64,000 nucleotides of DNA from Penicillus capitatus (GCA_965649825.1 OZ287696.1:1035101-1099100), one strand, 5' to 3'; shown: positions 33,934 to 46,494, counted from the stretch's first letter. Numbers and translations are program-made. The notes: generated by a model from the sequence alone, not told the origin.

Positions 33934-34590
33934 CTACAGAAAATTCATGAACGAGTATGCAGGATCGGCGCCAACCCAGTGTGGGGGAGAGGTCTTCGTC
34001 ACAGATGGATAGTCCTGAACACACACAGCTCAGGGACGAACAAGCGAGATCCGTGCTTGCCCGTATCATCTCGCAGTACTTTTTTACGTTAGGATAGTCT
34101 TTGAATGTCATTCCAAACCTTGCTAGAATCAAGAGCATCGGCGCCAACATCGCATCTGGTGAAACATGGCACTTGCAGACAGAACCAGTTGCCGAGGAGC
34201 AGTACCTGCGAGAGTGAATGCGTCTGTTGCTGCGTATCTCTGCGCACCTAGATATGCATCCCACAGGGCCATCTCTGCCTGGAGGCACGCAGTGCTGATC
34301 TGATACTCCAGTCGGTCGACCATACCTTGATTTCTTCGATCTGCTGCTGAGCATGTTGATTCTCCAGTTCCTTCCTCTGTGACACGATTCGGATGCTTCC
34401 TGCTGGTTAACAGATCGATACCCTACCATAGAATAAGTGTAGTTTCGTTGCTTCATGTCTGTTACGATGGCTTCGAAGTATCGCTGTAACACCTGGGCCG
34501 AGCATCCGTCGAAGGATAGGGGATGTGCGTGCAACAACGACTTTTGCTTTTTCGACCGGAGTCGACGGGAGAAGCGGTTTTTCAGGTAAC
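33934..34590 (-). pseudogene. Glutathione S-transferase C-terminal portion; N-terminal thioredoxin-fold domain not found
   Basis: Spliced: PEKPLLPSTPVEKAK/VLQRYFEA...YSM/RKELENQ...EIK/AEMALWDAYLGAQRYAATDAFTLA/DAMLAPMLLILARFGMTFKDYPNVKKYCEMIR/DYPSVTKTSPPHW...FL-TAG. Upstream sequence is repeat family R, with no frame giving VP.L.DG...ES.AI. Confidence 0.7.
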
Positions 34591-37268
34591 CGCCTGCGCC
34601 GCACTGCGAGGCGTCGCTCGCCGACCGTAAAAGTCATTCTTCTGCAAACTCACAGTCTCTCACACTTTCTTTGCAGACTCTGTGGCGGGGTGGGCATCTC
34701 TTCTTCTTTTAACCACTATTCTAACATTTTTCTGTGAGACATCACACTTTTCGATAGAGTGACATTCACAAGCTTTTTTACGCAGATTGTAACACCTTCA
34801 CTGGATATTACACGTTTCGAAAGAGTGACATTTACGACCTTTCTTGAGCTAGAATTATAACGTTTTTCATTGAATGTCAATCACACTTTTCATATTTCAC
34901 ATCGTTTAAGCATTGACTCCATTCTCGTTATGACGTGTGCGACTTATGATCTGATGACAAAGCGCTAAAATGTCGACGCCTTCCTGACTGTTGTGAGGGG
35001 TGTTTTAGGATGCAGTGCATCGTCAAGCTCGAAGATGTCTGGAATCTACAGATCTCTTCGCTGCCTCTTCTTTCGCAGACAGCCAATGACGGCGCCGACT
35101 CCGTGCGGGCACCGCGACTAAGTTTTCGAAACTCGCCAAACACGTCGCTTCTTATGACTGCAGACAACTGCTCAGCTCGCTACGTGGCGCACTCTTGCCT
35201 GTCTGCCAACACCGCCGTGCCACGCTTCTGTCCGAGAGGCTTGCACTCAGGAGTCCAATGTACTTGCAGTGCTCGAGATCTCGGAATCGTGCCTATAAAT
35301 GATAATAAACCTGTGGCGGCTGTGGCGACGAGGTGGCGAGAGAAGAGCGATAGACGAGAACCGCGTCGATGTGCTTGCCGAACTCTCAGGCAGTCGCAGT
35401 TCGCCTTTTCAGACTCAAGTCGATTCGAAACGGCACAGGTCTGGCGTCGTTCAGTACGGGCGACGGCACGGTCACCCGAAACAAACATAAAGTCACTGCT
35501 CGTCGTTGACAGCAGGCGACGTGCTTCGAAGAAAAGAGCGCGAGGTGAACGATCGACTCGGCGAAACTGTCTACAGATTGCGCCTCCTAAGATTCGTCGT
35601 GGACTCTTTCCCTCGTCTAAAGAGTGCATTACAGTCCATACAGTTGGTCAGCGCAAAGAACAGTACACGCATTGAAACGACTAACTGTGCTTTTTCGTGT
35701 CATCGCCTTGGCGACTTCGCAGCTCGAGCAAAGGCAACAGAGGAGGAACACGGAGGAGTTTGACGAAAGACGAACAGGTGCAAGAACAGTGAAGAAGTCT
35801 GTGCTGAGGCCACAGTCGAAAGAGGCCGTCGAGCACCGAACCTCCAGGAAAGCTTGTTCGACAGCTCGGATGGCGTCAGCTGACTGTCTTTGTGCCATTC
35901 CATGCATCGAGCCATATCTCTACTGCTTACACTTAAGGCGTCTTCTGATCTGGGCGATTCCGCTTGCGACAATTCGAGTTGCACATGTTCGACGGATCTA
36001 TTTGACTCGGCAGGCCTGCACAATCACTCTCTTTTAAGTTTTTCTTGACAAAGACGACGAGGTCTACGCGTCTCCGCTTATCGTTCGTTCGGCTTTGAGG
36101 AGATTACCGGGACGACGTTTAAACGCTCGCTGAACTGAGATGTCGTGACATGGCAAGAAGAACAAAGTTACATAGATTGCATACATGCATACAGATCTCT
36201 TCGTGTGTTTCTGCTACGACTGACGTTAGCAGGAGATTCCCCACAGTTCGAAAAGTCGACTTAAAGAGACAACGAATGGCGGTCTCATGCAGTACAACGA
36301 TCAACGTCCTCAATACAGAAATGTTTTCTTGCATCAGTCATCTATCCCACGAACCCATTTACTCAAACATCTCCATAAAATGGAGATTCGAAAGAAATGC
36401 GACTGTGACGATCTTTCCTCATCGACCAGCTATTGTACAATGATAGTTTACACATATTTTGATTTGAACACGATACTGCCTTCCAGGCAGTTAGACAAGA
36501 ATAGAGCCAGGAAAGCACAATTGCTAGACATTGAAAGGTTCGAAGACGCTTAAAATGATAAAGTGCACAGCAGCGCACTGTGTGGGTGCATGTGTCGAAA
36601 ACATAGTCGATCACTGAAAACAGGGTGAAAGACGACGAAACTGATGGTGGGGCAACTGCCACAGGCTAGAATAACACACTGCGGCAAAGCAGAATATACG
36701 ACACGCATTTCGCGTATCGAATCCACATCCATCAGTCTTCTGAGTTAGGTGATGGTGTAGATGCATTGAAAGGGCAGAAACCGAATCCACGACTGGCATC
36801 ATCCCCCTCTGTTGCCTCGTCTTGACTTGCTAGTCGAAACATCGAGAAATGAATAGTCGCACAGCTGCACTCGCCGGAAGCAGCGGATGACGCCACACCT
36901 CTGCCCATGTCCGCACCTTGCATCTCCCCGATCTCGGCGTTGACAACACATACTCCATCGGCCTTCGAGTTGGCTTCGGACATCTCTATCGCCATTCTGT
37001 CAGGAGTCCTTGTTCCGAGAGACGGCGACTTGGTCGGAATGGCTAGAGGCGTACTGGGTCCAGCGGCAAACGGATCTGAAGACGCCGCCGGAAGAGGTAC
37101 GCATGGAGGCGAGGCAGACATCCCGACATCCGGAGGGACTTCCGGAGGAATGTCGATCGTGATGTCCAGCGGAATACTGGGAGCCGTCTCATACAACTTC
37201 CATGCCGAAGTCTGCATCACGACTTGGCTCCTCAAGCAGTACTTCACAAGGTCCTCTCGCCAGCTCTG
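34582..37268 (-). repeat. Unknown dispersed family R, copy 2 (longest, more diverged)
   Basis: Homologous to 22852-24734, 43730-45850 and 52168-53045. Its first ~530 nt are the C-terminus of the kinase ORF. Confidence 0.8.
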
Positions 37269-39307
37269 TTGAGTAACCTGTCCAGAGACGAGATGTTGCA
37301 AACAGAATTCGCGAACAGCCTGCACGTTCTGGCAGGTCGAGGAAGCAGGCAGTTCATCCACAAGCCTACTGCATATCTCCATCCAGTTTTCCGGGAGCTC
37401 GTTCTTTTCGGAGGCCATCGGGCAGAAAGGACGCGACTGACAAGCTGCAAAGAAGAAGGGACTAGGTGACGGGTTCCTCGTTTTCGCCACATGGATTTTT
37501 TGTTTTCCATTCCCTCGCTTCGCCTGTTTACGCACCCCTCCTTCCGAAAGGGGCTGGCGCATGGCCATTTTCTTCTTCTTCTGAGCTCGCTTATACCATT
37601 CTCGACATCTATAGACTAAGGCTGTCGAGAGGATGGCAAAAATGATGCCCGCAACGATACAAGCCCCTGTACTCTCCGGCGAGAAACGTCCGCCAGATCT
37701 GATCATATCTTTGCTGGCATAGCATGCAAGTAATGCGATGGCCAAGACAAGAATGCAGCCCGCCGCGGTGACGATCACAGACATCTGTGTGCATTTCTGG
37801 TAAATTTCCCTGGACTGCATTTCTTTTCTGAGTTCTTCGCGAATTCCGCTGATCCGCTTGTGGACCGTCTTGAAATCTGGTCGTCTTCTCGGATCCCTTC
37901 CGCAGCAATCATGCATGAGAGTGACGAGCGGTTCCAAACAAGGCAAGAACTCTCCAGGTAGCTTCGAGCGGTCTTCTGGAACTTCGGGGCGCATCTTTCC
38001 ATCCCTGACCGCTATCATGACTCCCAAAAGCCGCACTTCCACGTGCGGACCTCCTTCCTCTATTCCAAAATGGGTTGTCAACGTTAGAAGGTCTCGGATG
38101 AGCACCCCATAGGAATAGACATCCGACTTCGTTGAGTAGTTCATCTTCCTTGGTTTGGCCATGCTCCCCGCGATGACTTCAGGAGGTTGGTAGACCATCA
38201 TCAGGTTGCTCTCCATGGACCTCGGCCAGAACGTCTCGAAATCGTCCAGAACATCCACGACGCTCGCCAGACCAAAGTCTCCAACCTTGACATTGAAGTA
38301 AGAATCGCAGAATAGGTTTGACGGCTTCAAGTCTCGGTGCATCGTGGTTGGGGGTTCGTGGTGCAAACAGATCATCGCCGCAGCAATCTGCTCGAGCCAC
38401 TTCACTCTGTGAGTAAAGTCCTCGAAGAGGTACTGGTACTCTTCGCCCCGCATGACGTCGTAAAGCGATCTATTGGAACAGTACTCGGTGACGATGCATC
38501 CCAGCTGATTGGAGATGCCCTTGAATGCGACGATATTCTCGTGGCGCTTCTGTCCGAGGCGGTGTGCTTCGGCATGGAGCTTGTCTTTCGTTCTCTGGTC
38601 GAGCTCTTCTCCTGTTTTCGCCGCGTGCAGAAATTTTACCGCCACGTCGCAGCCGTGGAGTTTCGCGACATGCACCCGGCCGTATGCTCCCTCGCCGATG
38701 TTCTCCCTCACGATTATGTCATCTCGCGGAATCGAGAACCTCGACAACTGCGGGGCACATAATTGTTGCGGGGATGTTGATAGCGTATTCAAGCTGTGTC
38801 GACGCGTGGGAAACATGAGATGGAGATGCACTGTCACAGCTCTTCAGCCAACTGATGCCCAGCGACGAGGAGAAAACTACCGCGTGTCCGCGCGGACAAA
38901 GACGGGGAATGTTCTTTCGAGTGGTCCGAAAAAGTCGACGCAGTAGTTGGTCCAACTAACGACGGTGCGAAGAGAGCGAGCAAGTTTCGAATTATCCTTT
39001 TGCGTTTGGCAGACGAATAATAAGAACGAAACCATTAAATGCGCGCAAGGGTTCTCTTTCTTCACAGGTGTGAATTGAGGATCTCACACTTCAAAAGAGT
39101 GTCCTCATATCGACCACGTTGCCCGATGTCGCATCGATGCGCTTGTTCGCTGAGCCCTGCAACGTTCACGCAGCATTGTGACGCCGCAAGTTCTGGTCCC
39201 GTGGCGAGAGGGATATCGGCGTTGCGGAAATCGCGGCGTGCGAGACGCTCTTTCTGTGACTTTACACTAAAGCTATTGGAAGAAGAATCTACTTTACTAT
39301 AGGACAC
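36732..39307 (-). CDS. TKL-type Ser/Thr protein kinase with two C-terminal TM helices, fused to the family-R domain
   Basis: IGEGAYGRV, VAVK, HRDLKPSN, VGDFGLA, PPE, SDVYSYG, RRPDF are all present. Two hydrophobic helices follow. Upstream exons from ATG 39307 splice in frame by hand (last intron 38794-38837). Confidence 0.85.
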
Positions 39308-39344
39308 ATCTCCGTCACGCCCGCTGTGTTAAAGAGCGTCATCG

Positions 39345-40584
39345 TTACGGACCCACTTCGATGTTCTCGGGTACAAAAGCGGCAGGTATGATGAGCTTCT
39401 TGCTGATGTCCTGTTTCGTCTTCGAGGGGTCGATGGGGTAGAGAACATGGCCTTCGTACCTCACACTCACAGCCTGGACGGCATTCTCGCCAAAGGCATC
39501 CAGAAGATACTCGTCCAACAAGTCATCCACCTACACCGCGGCCTCTGCCGAGTACGTACATCTCTGGAGTGACCGACCAAAATGCCGCACTCCTTGACGT
39601 CCTCGTCCTCGCTGGGGATGCGGATGGAGGGGTACTGGCTGGCTTCTACCTCTGACGTAGCAGCCACTCGGCACGAGGCGTCCATGCGACGAAAGGGAGT
39701 GGCATGTCCTGCGCTTCTGCCCTCGTTTTTGTAATCCCCTTCCAGTTCTCCTTCCGATTGTCGGTGAACGGCCTAAGTGAAAAAGGGCGTCGTCTTGGCA
39801 CAACCGAAGAGGAGACGATTGACGGAGGGCTTCTCTTTCCACCAGTTCACGAGCAAGGTCATTCTGCGCTCGGTGTTGGAGGAGTCTAGGACGCCGTGGC
39901 CCAGGGCTCCGTCGAAGACACAGTACTTGCCGGCGGACGGCGGAACGAAGACGCAGTTCGCAGGCGATTCTGGATAGGTTGCGCCCTTCTCCGCATCGAA
40001 TCTCTGGTCCAGGATGACGGTGCACGCTGCGCCCATAACCATCCGTTTTCTAGATTCAATGCGAGTGTGCCTTGCCTTGTCGCAGTCGATCCTCGTCCGA
40101 GCCCGTCAGGTAGAGGATGGAAGACAGATAGGGGTGCCTCATGTCCTGATGGGACTTGTACGCGTCCTCGTCCTTGTCGAAGTGAAACGCCAACCCCGCG
40201 CCTTCCTCGTAGACCTAGAAACGCAGTGCAGTCCTGAGCCTCCTTCTTCTCGCGAGTGGCGTCCGTTCTCACTTGGACCCACCATTCGGCACCGGTGCAG
40301 TCCGAAGGCAGTCGGTGTTTTGCGACCGCATGATACAGGTGCCAAATGGCAGATTCGGCAGGCGTCAGCATCCGACGGTCGAGGTCGTTTTCCATGGCTT
40401 CCTGTGCATCGGACATGAATTTGCTCATGAAGGATCATCATCCAGTGAGGAGGACCTTTGGCAGCCAGTAGTTCGGAGCCTGGGCGTAGAGCATCGCCGC
40501 ATCGCGCATTTCCGCCAGACTGTGCTCAGGGACGCATTCTCTGTACACCCAGACGCTCTGACGCGGGAATTCCGGTGACTCCAT
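39345..40584 (-). CDS. 2OG-Fe(II) dioxygenase-like hypothetical protein, intact copy
   Basis: Spliced: MESPEFPRQSVWVY...GAEWWVQ/VYEEGAGLAFHFDKDE...HPYLSSILYLT...PTVILDQ...GKYCVFDGALGHGV...RMTLLVNWW. HxD...H...R arrangement typical of the 2OG-Fe(II) fold. Confidence 0.65.
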
Positions 40585-40665
40585 CGAAGGAATCGCACGA
40601 CAATTGTGGGTCAGGTCAGATACGGCAGCGGATACGGTGAGTGAAAACGGACCTTTGGCTGAAAC

Positions 40666-42244
40666 ATGACTTCGGAGGCGTCGACGACAACAACGTCGCA
40701 GGGCATCGCCGTGAAGAGCCTGACGAAATCTCTAGAGAATCGTTTCAGCTTGAACGGCGTAGCCGACGATGTCTTGGCCGCCGTGGGCGAGAGAGCGACA
40801 GCGGAGAAATCCGTCGTCGCCCGAGTTCTCACGGCAGTGAAGGAAGTCATCGCCTCCCGCGGAGAAACGGTGACCTATCCAACTCTCCTGAGCGGCTTGA
40901 TCGCGACTCTCGAGGCAAAAGACGCGATCGATAAGGCGCAGGTAATAATCCACAGTGACCACGTGCATGGGATCGCAGACGACGGGAGCTGTTGCAGGTC
41001 TGTGAGGCCGTGTGCGACTGTCTGGTCATCGTGGCATCGCGCGTCCCGAGGGCAGTGCTCGCTCTGCAGGCATCTAGGCTGATGTCGATGCATCACACTG
41101 TTCTCGAGAGACACTCCAGGAATCTCTCCATCCAGAAGAGCGTCATGTCGAATCTCTCCAAGGTCGTGCTCTGTCTGGACCGTTCGAGTGCGAACGGCGT
41201 GAGGGCGCTGCTGGACGTTTTGGTCCCGGCCGTGGTCTGCGCGGAAGGAAAGGGCGTTTCGCGTACGGCGGTGCGCATCGTCGCCGCCGTTCTGAAAATG
41301 GAATCCCTGTGCGAACTCAAGAGCGAGATATGTCGTCGGGTCGAGGAGATAGGGCGGAGGGCTGTGGATGAGCCGCTCAAGGAGGCAGCCACGGCTTCGG
41401 GGTGACGATTTCGAAGATCCGTTCCAGAATGCAAGACGCCCTGGATGCGCCGTTATGTCTCTGACGCGGTTTCTCTCTGCGCTGAAGACGCTCATCCCGC
41501 TGACGGATGGCTGCTTCGTGCAGTCCATGTTGCCACAGCTTTAGAGGGAGGGTCCTGTCGATCAGTCTTCCCCGAACATCGGCCATGGCATGCGACGTCC
41601 CCAGAGCTGTCCTTCATCCAAACAGCGCCGTCCAGCTAGAAAGGGAAACAGTGGAGGAGATTCTCCTCGCCTTGGTGCAGCACATTGAGGGGACTCCGAC
41701 GGAAAACCACGAGCTCTCTCTGGCCTTCGTCGAAACTGTCTACGCAGGATTCGCTCGCTTTCACGATCAAGACCCTTCTCTGTCTATGGAGACCTTGTCG
41801 TGCTCTTGCCGTCCCTCTTGAAGCAGGTAGAATTCGACATGGGCCGAGAGGGAAGAGAATGCGTGCCTGTTGTGTTTAGCTGCTTTCCGAGTTCGAAGAG
41901 GTGCGAGAAGCAGTGGAGAAAGAGAAGACGAGAGTCCCTGGACGGCGACAGGCGACAACGCCATGACACTCAAGTCCGGAACACCGTCGAAGAAGGACTC
42001 TGTCTTCGGTCCCGGCAGGAGCAAAAAGAGTCGCACGACGAAGCCTTCCGCAGTCCATTCCCACCACTCGGGGAAGCGATTCAAATCGAAGAAGGGAGCC
42101 GGAGGAGATGTCAAAGGTGCCCCCAAGTTTGATCCCTATGCTTACTGGAAGTTGGATCGCCGCCTTCTCAACAAGAGACGAAAAAAGCTCTGCGCTGCGC
42201 GTCGAGATCTCAGGCATCTGAGCCAGTCGAAGAAGAGTGCATGA
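40666..42244 (+). pseudogene. RRP12 pseudogene
   Basis: Matches the RRP12 N- and C-terminal exons. One-G deletion at ~41400 (cggggtgac vs cgggggtgac) and loss of the NUC173 core at junction 41904-41909. Confidence 0.9.
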
Positions 42245-42289
42245 TGTGTTGAACACGATACAGTTCACCCGAACGTGTTTTTTTGTAAT

Positions 42290-42606
42290 GTTCGATTACA
42301 CGCTGTCAATTCGAATCGGTTTGCGGTTCATGGATCGATATGCCGATCAGGCTGCGATTTTAAGCGGCTCGAGCAGATAGGCAGCTTGACAGATAGATCT
42401 GACGCAGAACGTCTTGAGTCCGGGAAGAAGCAGATCGATATCTCTGTCGTCCATGTTGTTCGATGCCGTGATCTGTCCCAAGGTACCACCAGCTGCCCAT
42501 AGCTCCACCAATCCTGCGACATACCGAATGCACGACATCTTAGATAGCTATCTCTTACATCGAAGGAACTTGCTGGTCTTGAATCCATCTGCAGCTTGAA
42601 AAGAGG
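42290..42606 (-). pseudogene. 3'-terminal fragment of the ISE2-like helicase
   Basis: AGLVELWAAGGTLGQITASNNMDDRDIDLLL matches 14700-14925, with a frameshift. Confidence 0.85.
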
Positions 42607-43729
42607 TCCAGATCTCTCTGGACGCCGCTTCTCTACTGTCTTAGACGAATGCAAGTTCTCCATTGCTAGCAGAGAAGAGTTTTGTTGCTGATGTGAAAAA
42701 AGCGACCGGACTCATTGACAGCGGCTATGTCGACTTCTAAAAAACTCGACACCCGGCCAGCGAACGCGAACTGCAACCACAGCTCCGTGACCGACTGGTT
42801 GTCGCAGGAGGCCGGCCGTTCTGTGCTGCCCTCCACGTTCGAGGGAGTTAGGGACATCGACAGTTCCAGAACCGAGTCGCGTTACACTGTCGCAAGCGCC
42901 CCCTCGACGGCGTTCGCGACGGAAACGTCCGGGACAGACGGCCGCCGCGGCAAAGAGTCCTTGCGCTTCCGCCAAGAAGAACGCCTGCCTCGTCTTTCTG
43001 CCCAGGCGACGTCGAGCTGACTCGAGCGGTTCGCCGTTCTCAGAGTTGCGTTGAAACGGCCGCGAAAAACGCATGCGAGTTACATCCAGTGTTACACCTA
43101 GCGGAGAACATTCCGACAAACTGTGGACAGCTTTACTTGTGAAATGCTTTGCAAAGTTTCCGAAAACGCTCTCCCGTTCGCGTCGCGCGTTCTTGCGACA
43201 GGATTCTGCGTATTCAACACCCTGGCGGCCGGTCCTCCGTCCGGCGGCGCATGCAGCCGCCGCCAAACGGCCACAGTTCCGATCCTCCGCTCGCCGGCCG
43301 CGGGGCAGCAACCGAGGCGGCCCATAAAGGTCCTGTCGCAGACCCTTCCGCGCTCGAATTTCCGAGTTCCTGTTTCCTGCGAGCAGTTGCGACAAAATGG
43401 CCGACGCGCACATGACGACAGAGGACGATTATGGCTACCCAGGAAAGCCGTAAGTCCTGCAGCCATGCTATGACCTGCTGCGCGCCACGGAGTCCTGTTC
43501 GCTGCCCGGACGCTTCCATGCACGTGCAAGCGTCGAGCAACCACTCATGCGTTCGGGATAACGTGCTTCCGGGAACGCGGCAGCCATCCTGCTCTCAGAA
43601 AGACTTCTAACTTCTGTGTGTTCTTCTAGCTTCTCCCAGGTGATGCTGCAGGAGGTCCTCGGCAACCGGCCGCCAAGGGCTTTCCGGGGAATGGACAGTG
43701 CCGAGCGTGAGCAGTTGTTTTGGACTTTG

Positions 43730-45850
43730 AAAGCCCAGACAACTGCTCATCTTGTTACGTGCCGCACTCTGATTGTCTGCTAACATCACTGTGCCAGGCT
43801 TCTGTCCGAGTGGCTTGCACTCGAGTTCCAGAGATCCGTGCCGTGCCTGAGATGTTAGAGACGTGCCTGCACATGAAGATAGACTTGAGGAGGCTGCGTC
43901 GAAGAAGTGGCGATAGGAGAGTGAGAGACAAGAGCCCCGTCGATGCGACAGACGGACTCTTAGGCAGTTACAGCTCGCTCTTTCAACTGCAAGTCGATTC
44001 GAACCAGCAAAAGGTCGAATGTCTCTCAGAACGGGCGACGGCACGTCGGCCATGGTAAAACATGAAGACGTCGCTGCTTGTCATCCACAGCAGACGATGC
44101 ACCCTGAGAAGAGCAGCACGCGACGAACAATCGCCATTTCGAAGTTGTCTACACAGTGAGCGCACAGGATTTGACGTGGACTCTATCCACTGTCTGAGAA
44201 GTGCATAACAGTCCGCGCAGCTTTTCGAGGCAAAGAAGAGCGTGCGCACATTGGCATGTCGAATCCGTCGTTTTCGTTCTATCGTCTTAACGACTTCGCA
44301 GTTCGAGCAAATAGCAGCAAAGGAGATACAACGGCAGACATTTACAGAGACGAACAGATCATACAAGAACAGCGTGAACTCCAGAGAACCACAGTCACAG
44401 GAGACCGTAGAGCGCACCTCGAGGAACCCTTGTTCGATAGCTCAGATGGCGTCAACTGACTGCTGCTGCGCCATTCAACGCATCGAGCGACATCTCTGCC
44501 GCCCCACTTTCTGGGTGTCCTCTTGTTTGGGCGATCCGCCTTTCTCCAGTCCTCGTTGCTCGTTCTTGTCAGATTTCTCTGACGAGGCCTGTACAATCGC
44601 TTGTCGTTCGCTCCTACAACGACAAAGAGGTCGATGCGTCTCCGCGTACCGCTCGTTGGATTTGAGATCGTCGGAACGACATTTGAACGCTCGTCTGATG
44701 GCGACGCATGAACGTTGATGTCACTGACATGGCAAGACGATTGGAGTCACGTGTATTACATACACGAAGACAAGTTTGCTCTCGTGTGTCGGCTGATGCG
44801 ATTGGCGTCAGCAGGTGATTCCTGAAGTGCGAAAACTTAACGCCTAGAAACAACGATGACGGCTATGCAATTCGACAATCCAAGTGTTCGATACGGAATA
44901 GTGTGTCCTGTATGACGCATTTGTCCTACGGACTAACCAACTCCAAAATCTTTGGAAAATGGATATTCGAAAGAAATGTGGCCGCAAAGAGTCTTTCCTC
45001 GTCGACCAGCTATTCGACAATTATTGAACTTGCATCATTGCTTTGCAATTGTTCTGGTAGGCTGCTGCCTTCTGAGCAATAGCCGCAGATGAAAGCCACG
45101 AGACCACAGTTTGCATGAAATTGAAAAGTGCAAATGCAATGCGAAGAGAGTGTGTTTAAGCGCGTGGCGCACTGAATGGATGAGTGTATGGAGAAGCTGA
45201 ATCGATCACTGAAAATAGCATGAAAGACGATGAAAATGAAGGCGGAGTATCCGCTACAGGCTAGAACAACGCACTGAGGCAAAGCAGAGTAGGTCAGCTG
45301 TATCTCGCTCGTCGAATCCGCATCCATCAGTTCTCCGAGCGGGGTGATCGCGTAGACGCATTCGATGAACAGAAACTGAATCCGCGGCTGTCATCATCTC
45401 CCTCTGCTGCCTCGTCTCGACTCGCCAGCCGAAACACCGAGGAACGGACAGCCACATCGCTCCACTCGCCGGAAGCGGCGGATGGCGCCGCACCTCTGCC
45501 ATGTCCACACCTTGCGTCTCCCCGATCTCGGTGTTTCGAACGCGTCCTCCATCGACCGAGTTTGCGTCGGACACCTCTATCGCCTTTCTATCGGGAATCC
45601 TTTTTGCGAGAGACGGCAACTTGATCGGAATGGCCAGAGCGCACTGGGTCCAGCGGCAAACGAATCTGAACACTCTGCCGAAAGAGGTGCGCACTGAGGC
45701 GAGGCAGGCATCCTGACATCTGGAGGAATGTCGATCGTGACGTCCAGCGGGATACGGAGAGCCGTGTCGTACAGCTTCCATGCCGCAGTCTCCATTACGA
45801 CCTGGCTCATCAAGCAGTTCTTTACAAGATCCTCTCGCCAGCCCTGTTTG
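43730..45850 (-). repeat. Unknown dispersed family R, copy 3
   Basis: Close match to copy 1, and extends ~230 nt further with similarity to 35160-35390 and 52760-52980. Confidence 0.8.
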
Positions 45851-45878
45851 GTGTCCTGTCAGCCGAGCAGTAGATTAC

Positions 45879-46053
45879 TTGAAAGACAGGCTCGGTATAG
45901 AATTTCAAGTGCATGATAATCTGTGGGACACGACAGAAGGTCAAATGGGCGCGATAGACGCAGATAGAGACACACCTGATTGCGAGAAATCCCGACAGAG
46001 ACGCAAGAGAAGAGTGCGGCGATGACTTTCGCTGCAACGCTGTCGCTTAACAT
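45879..46053 (-). pseudogene. TMEM184/OST-alpha first two exons, second copy
   Basis: MLSDSVAAKVIAALFSCVSVGISRNQ / IIMHLKFYTEPVFQ with conserved splice sites. Confidence 0.7.
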
Positions 46054-46494
46054 GGTTGCGTAACGTACGTGCTGAGTTGAAAATCGATTAACAATGGATG
46101 ATGCGTCCGAACAAATGTCACATCAAAAACAAACATGTGTGACACACAGATATCAGCAAAATCTCGCACATCACATCACAATCAGGAAACAGATGAGGGC
46201 GTTCATTGGATCGTCTGTGGCAGGCAATTCTGTTAAACTCGATTCTGAAGCGGGAATGAGATAGGGAGTGGTGTTGAATTCTCGGAGATGCAGAACACCA
46301 GCGGCTTCGCGTTCCTTCAGATGGCTCAGTAGTTTATGACAGAGGCGGTTGGACTCAGTGGGAGTGATGTAAAAGAAAATGATACTCGAAATCTTTGATC
46401 TCTGGGCTTTCGGCCATTCTAAAATCCGACGTCATGGGAGTTCTTGATTCAATTGCGAGTCGAGGAGGTAATGGAATGGGGTATTTTGCAGTGG

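Larger units (their letters stand above)
40308..42606 (-). repeat. Inverted duplication 1, right copy (with 3.25-kb internal deletion)
   Basis: Reverse complement of 14623-20162 lacking 15321-18568. Confidence 0.9.

Noticed and set aside
36732-38837. Kinase as an intronless retrogene
   Set aside because: The ORF-track start GTG is a splice donor. Two upstream exons from 39307 join in frame, and other genes here also have 2-kb exons.
43400-43480. GHSMAAG as a lipase nucleophile elbow
   Set aside because: Isolated short motif with no supporting alpha/beta-hydrolase elements in frame.
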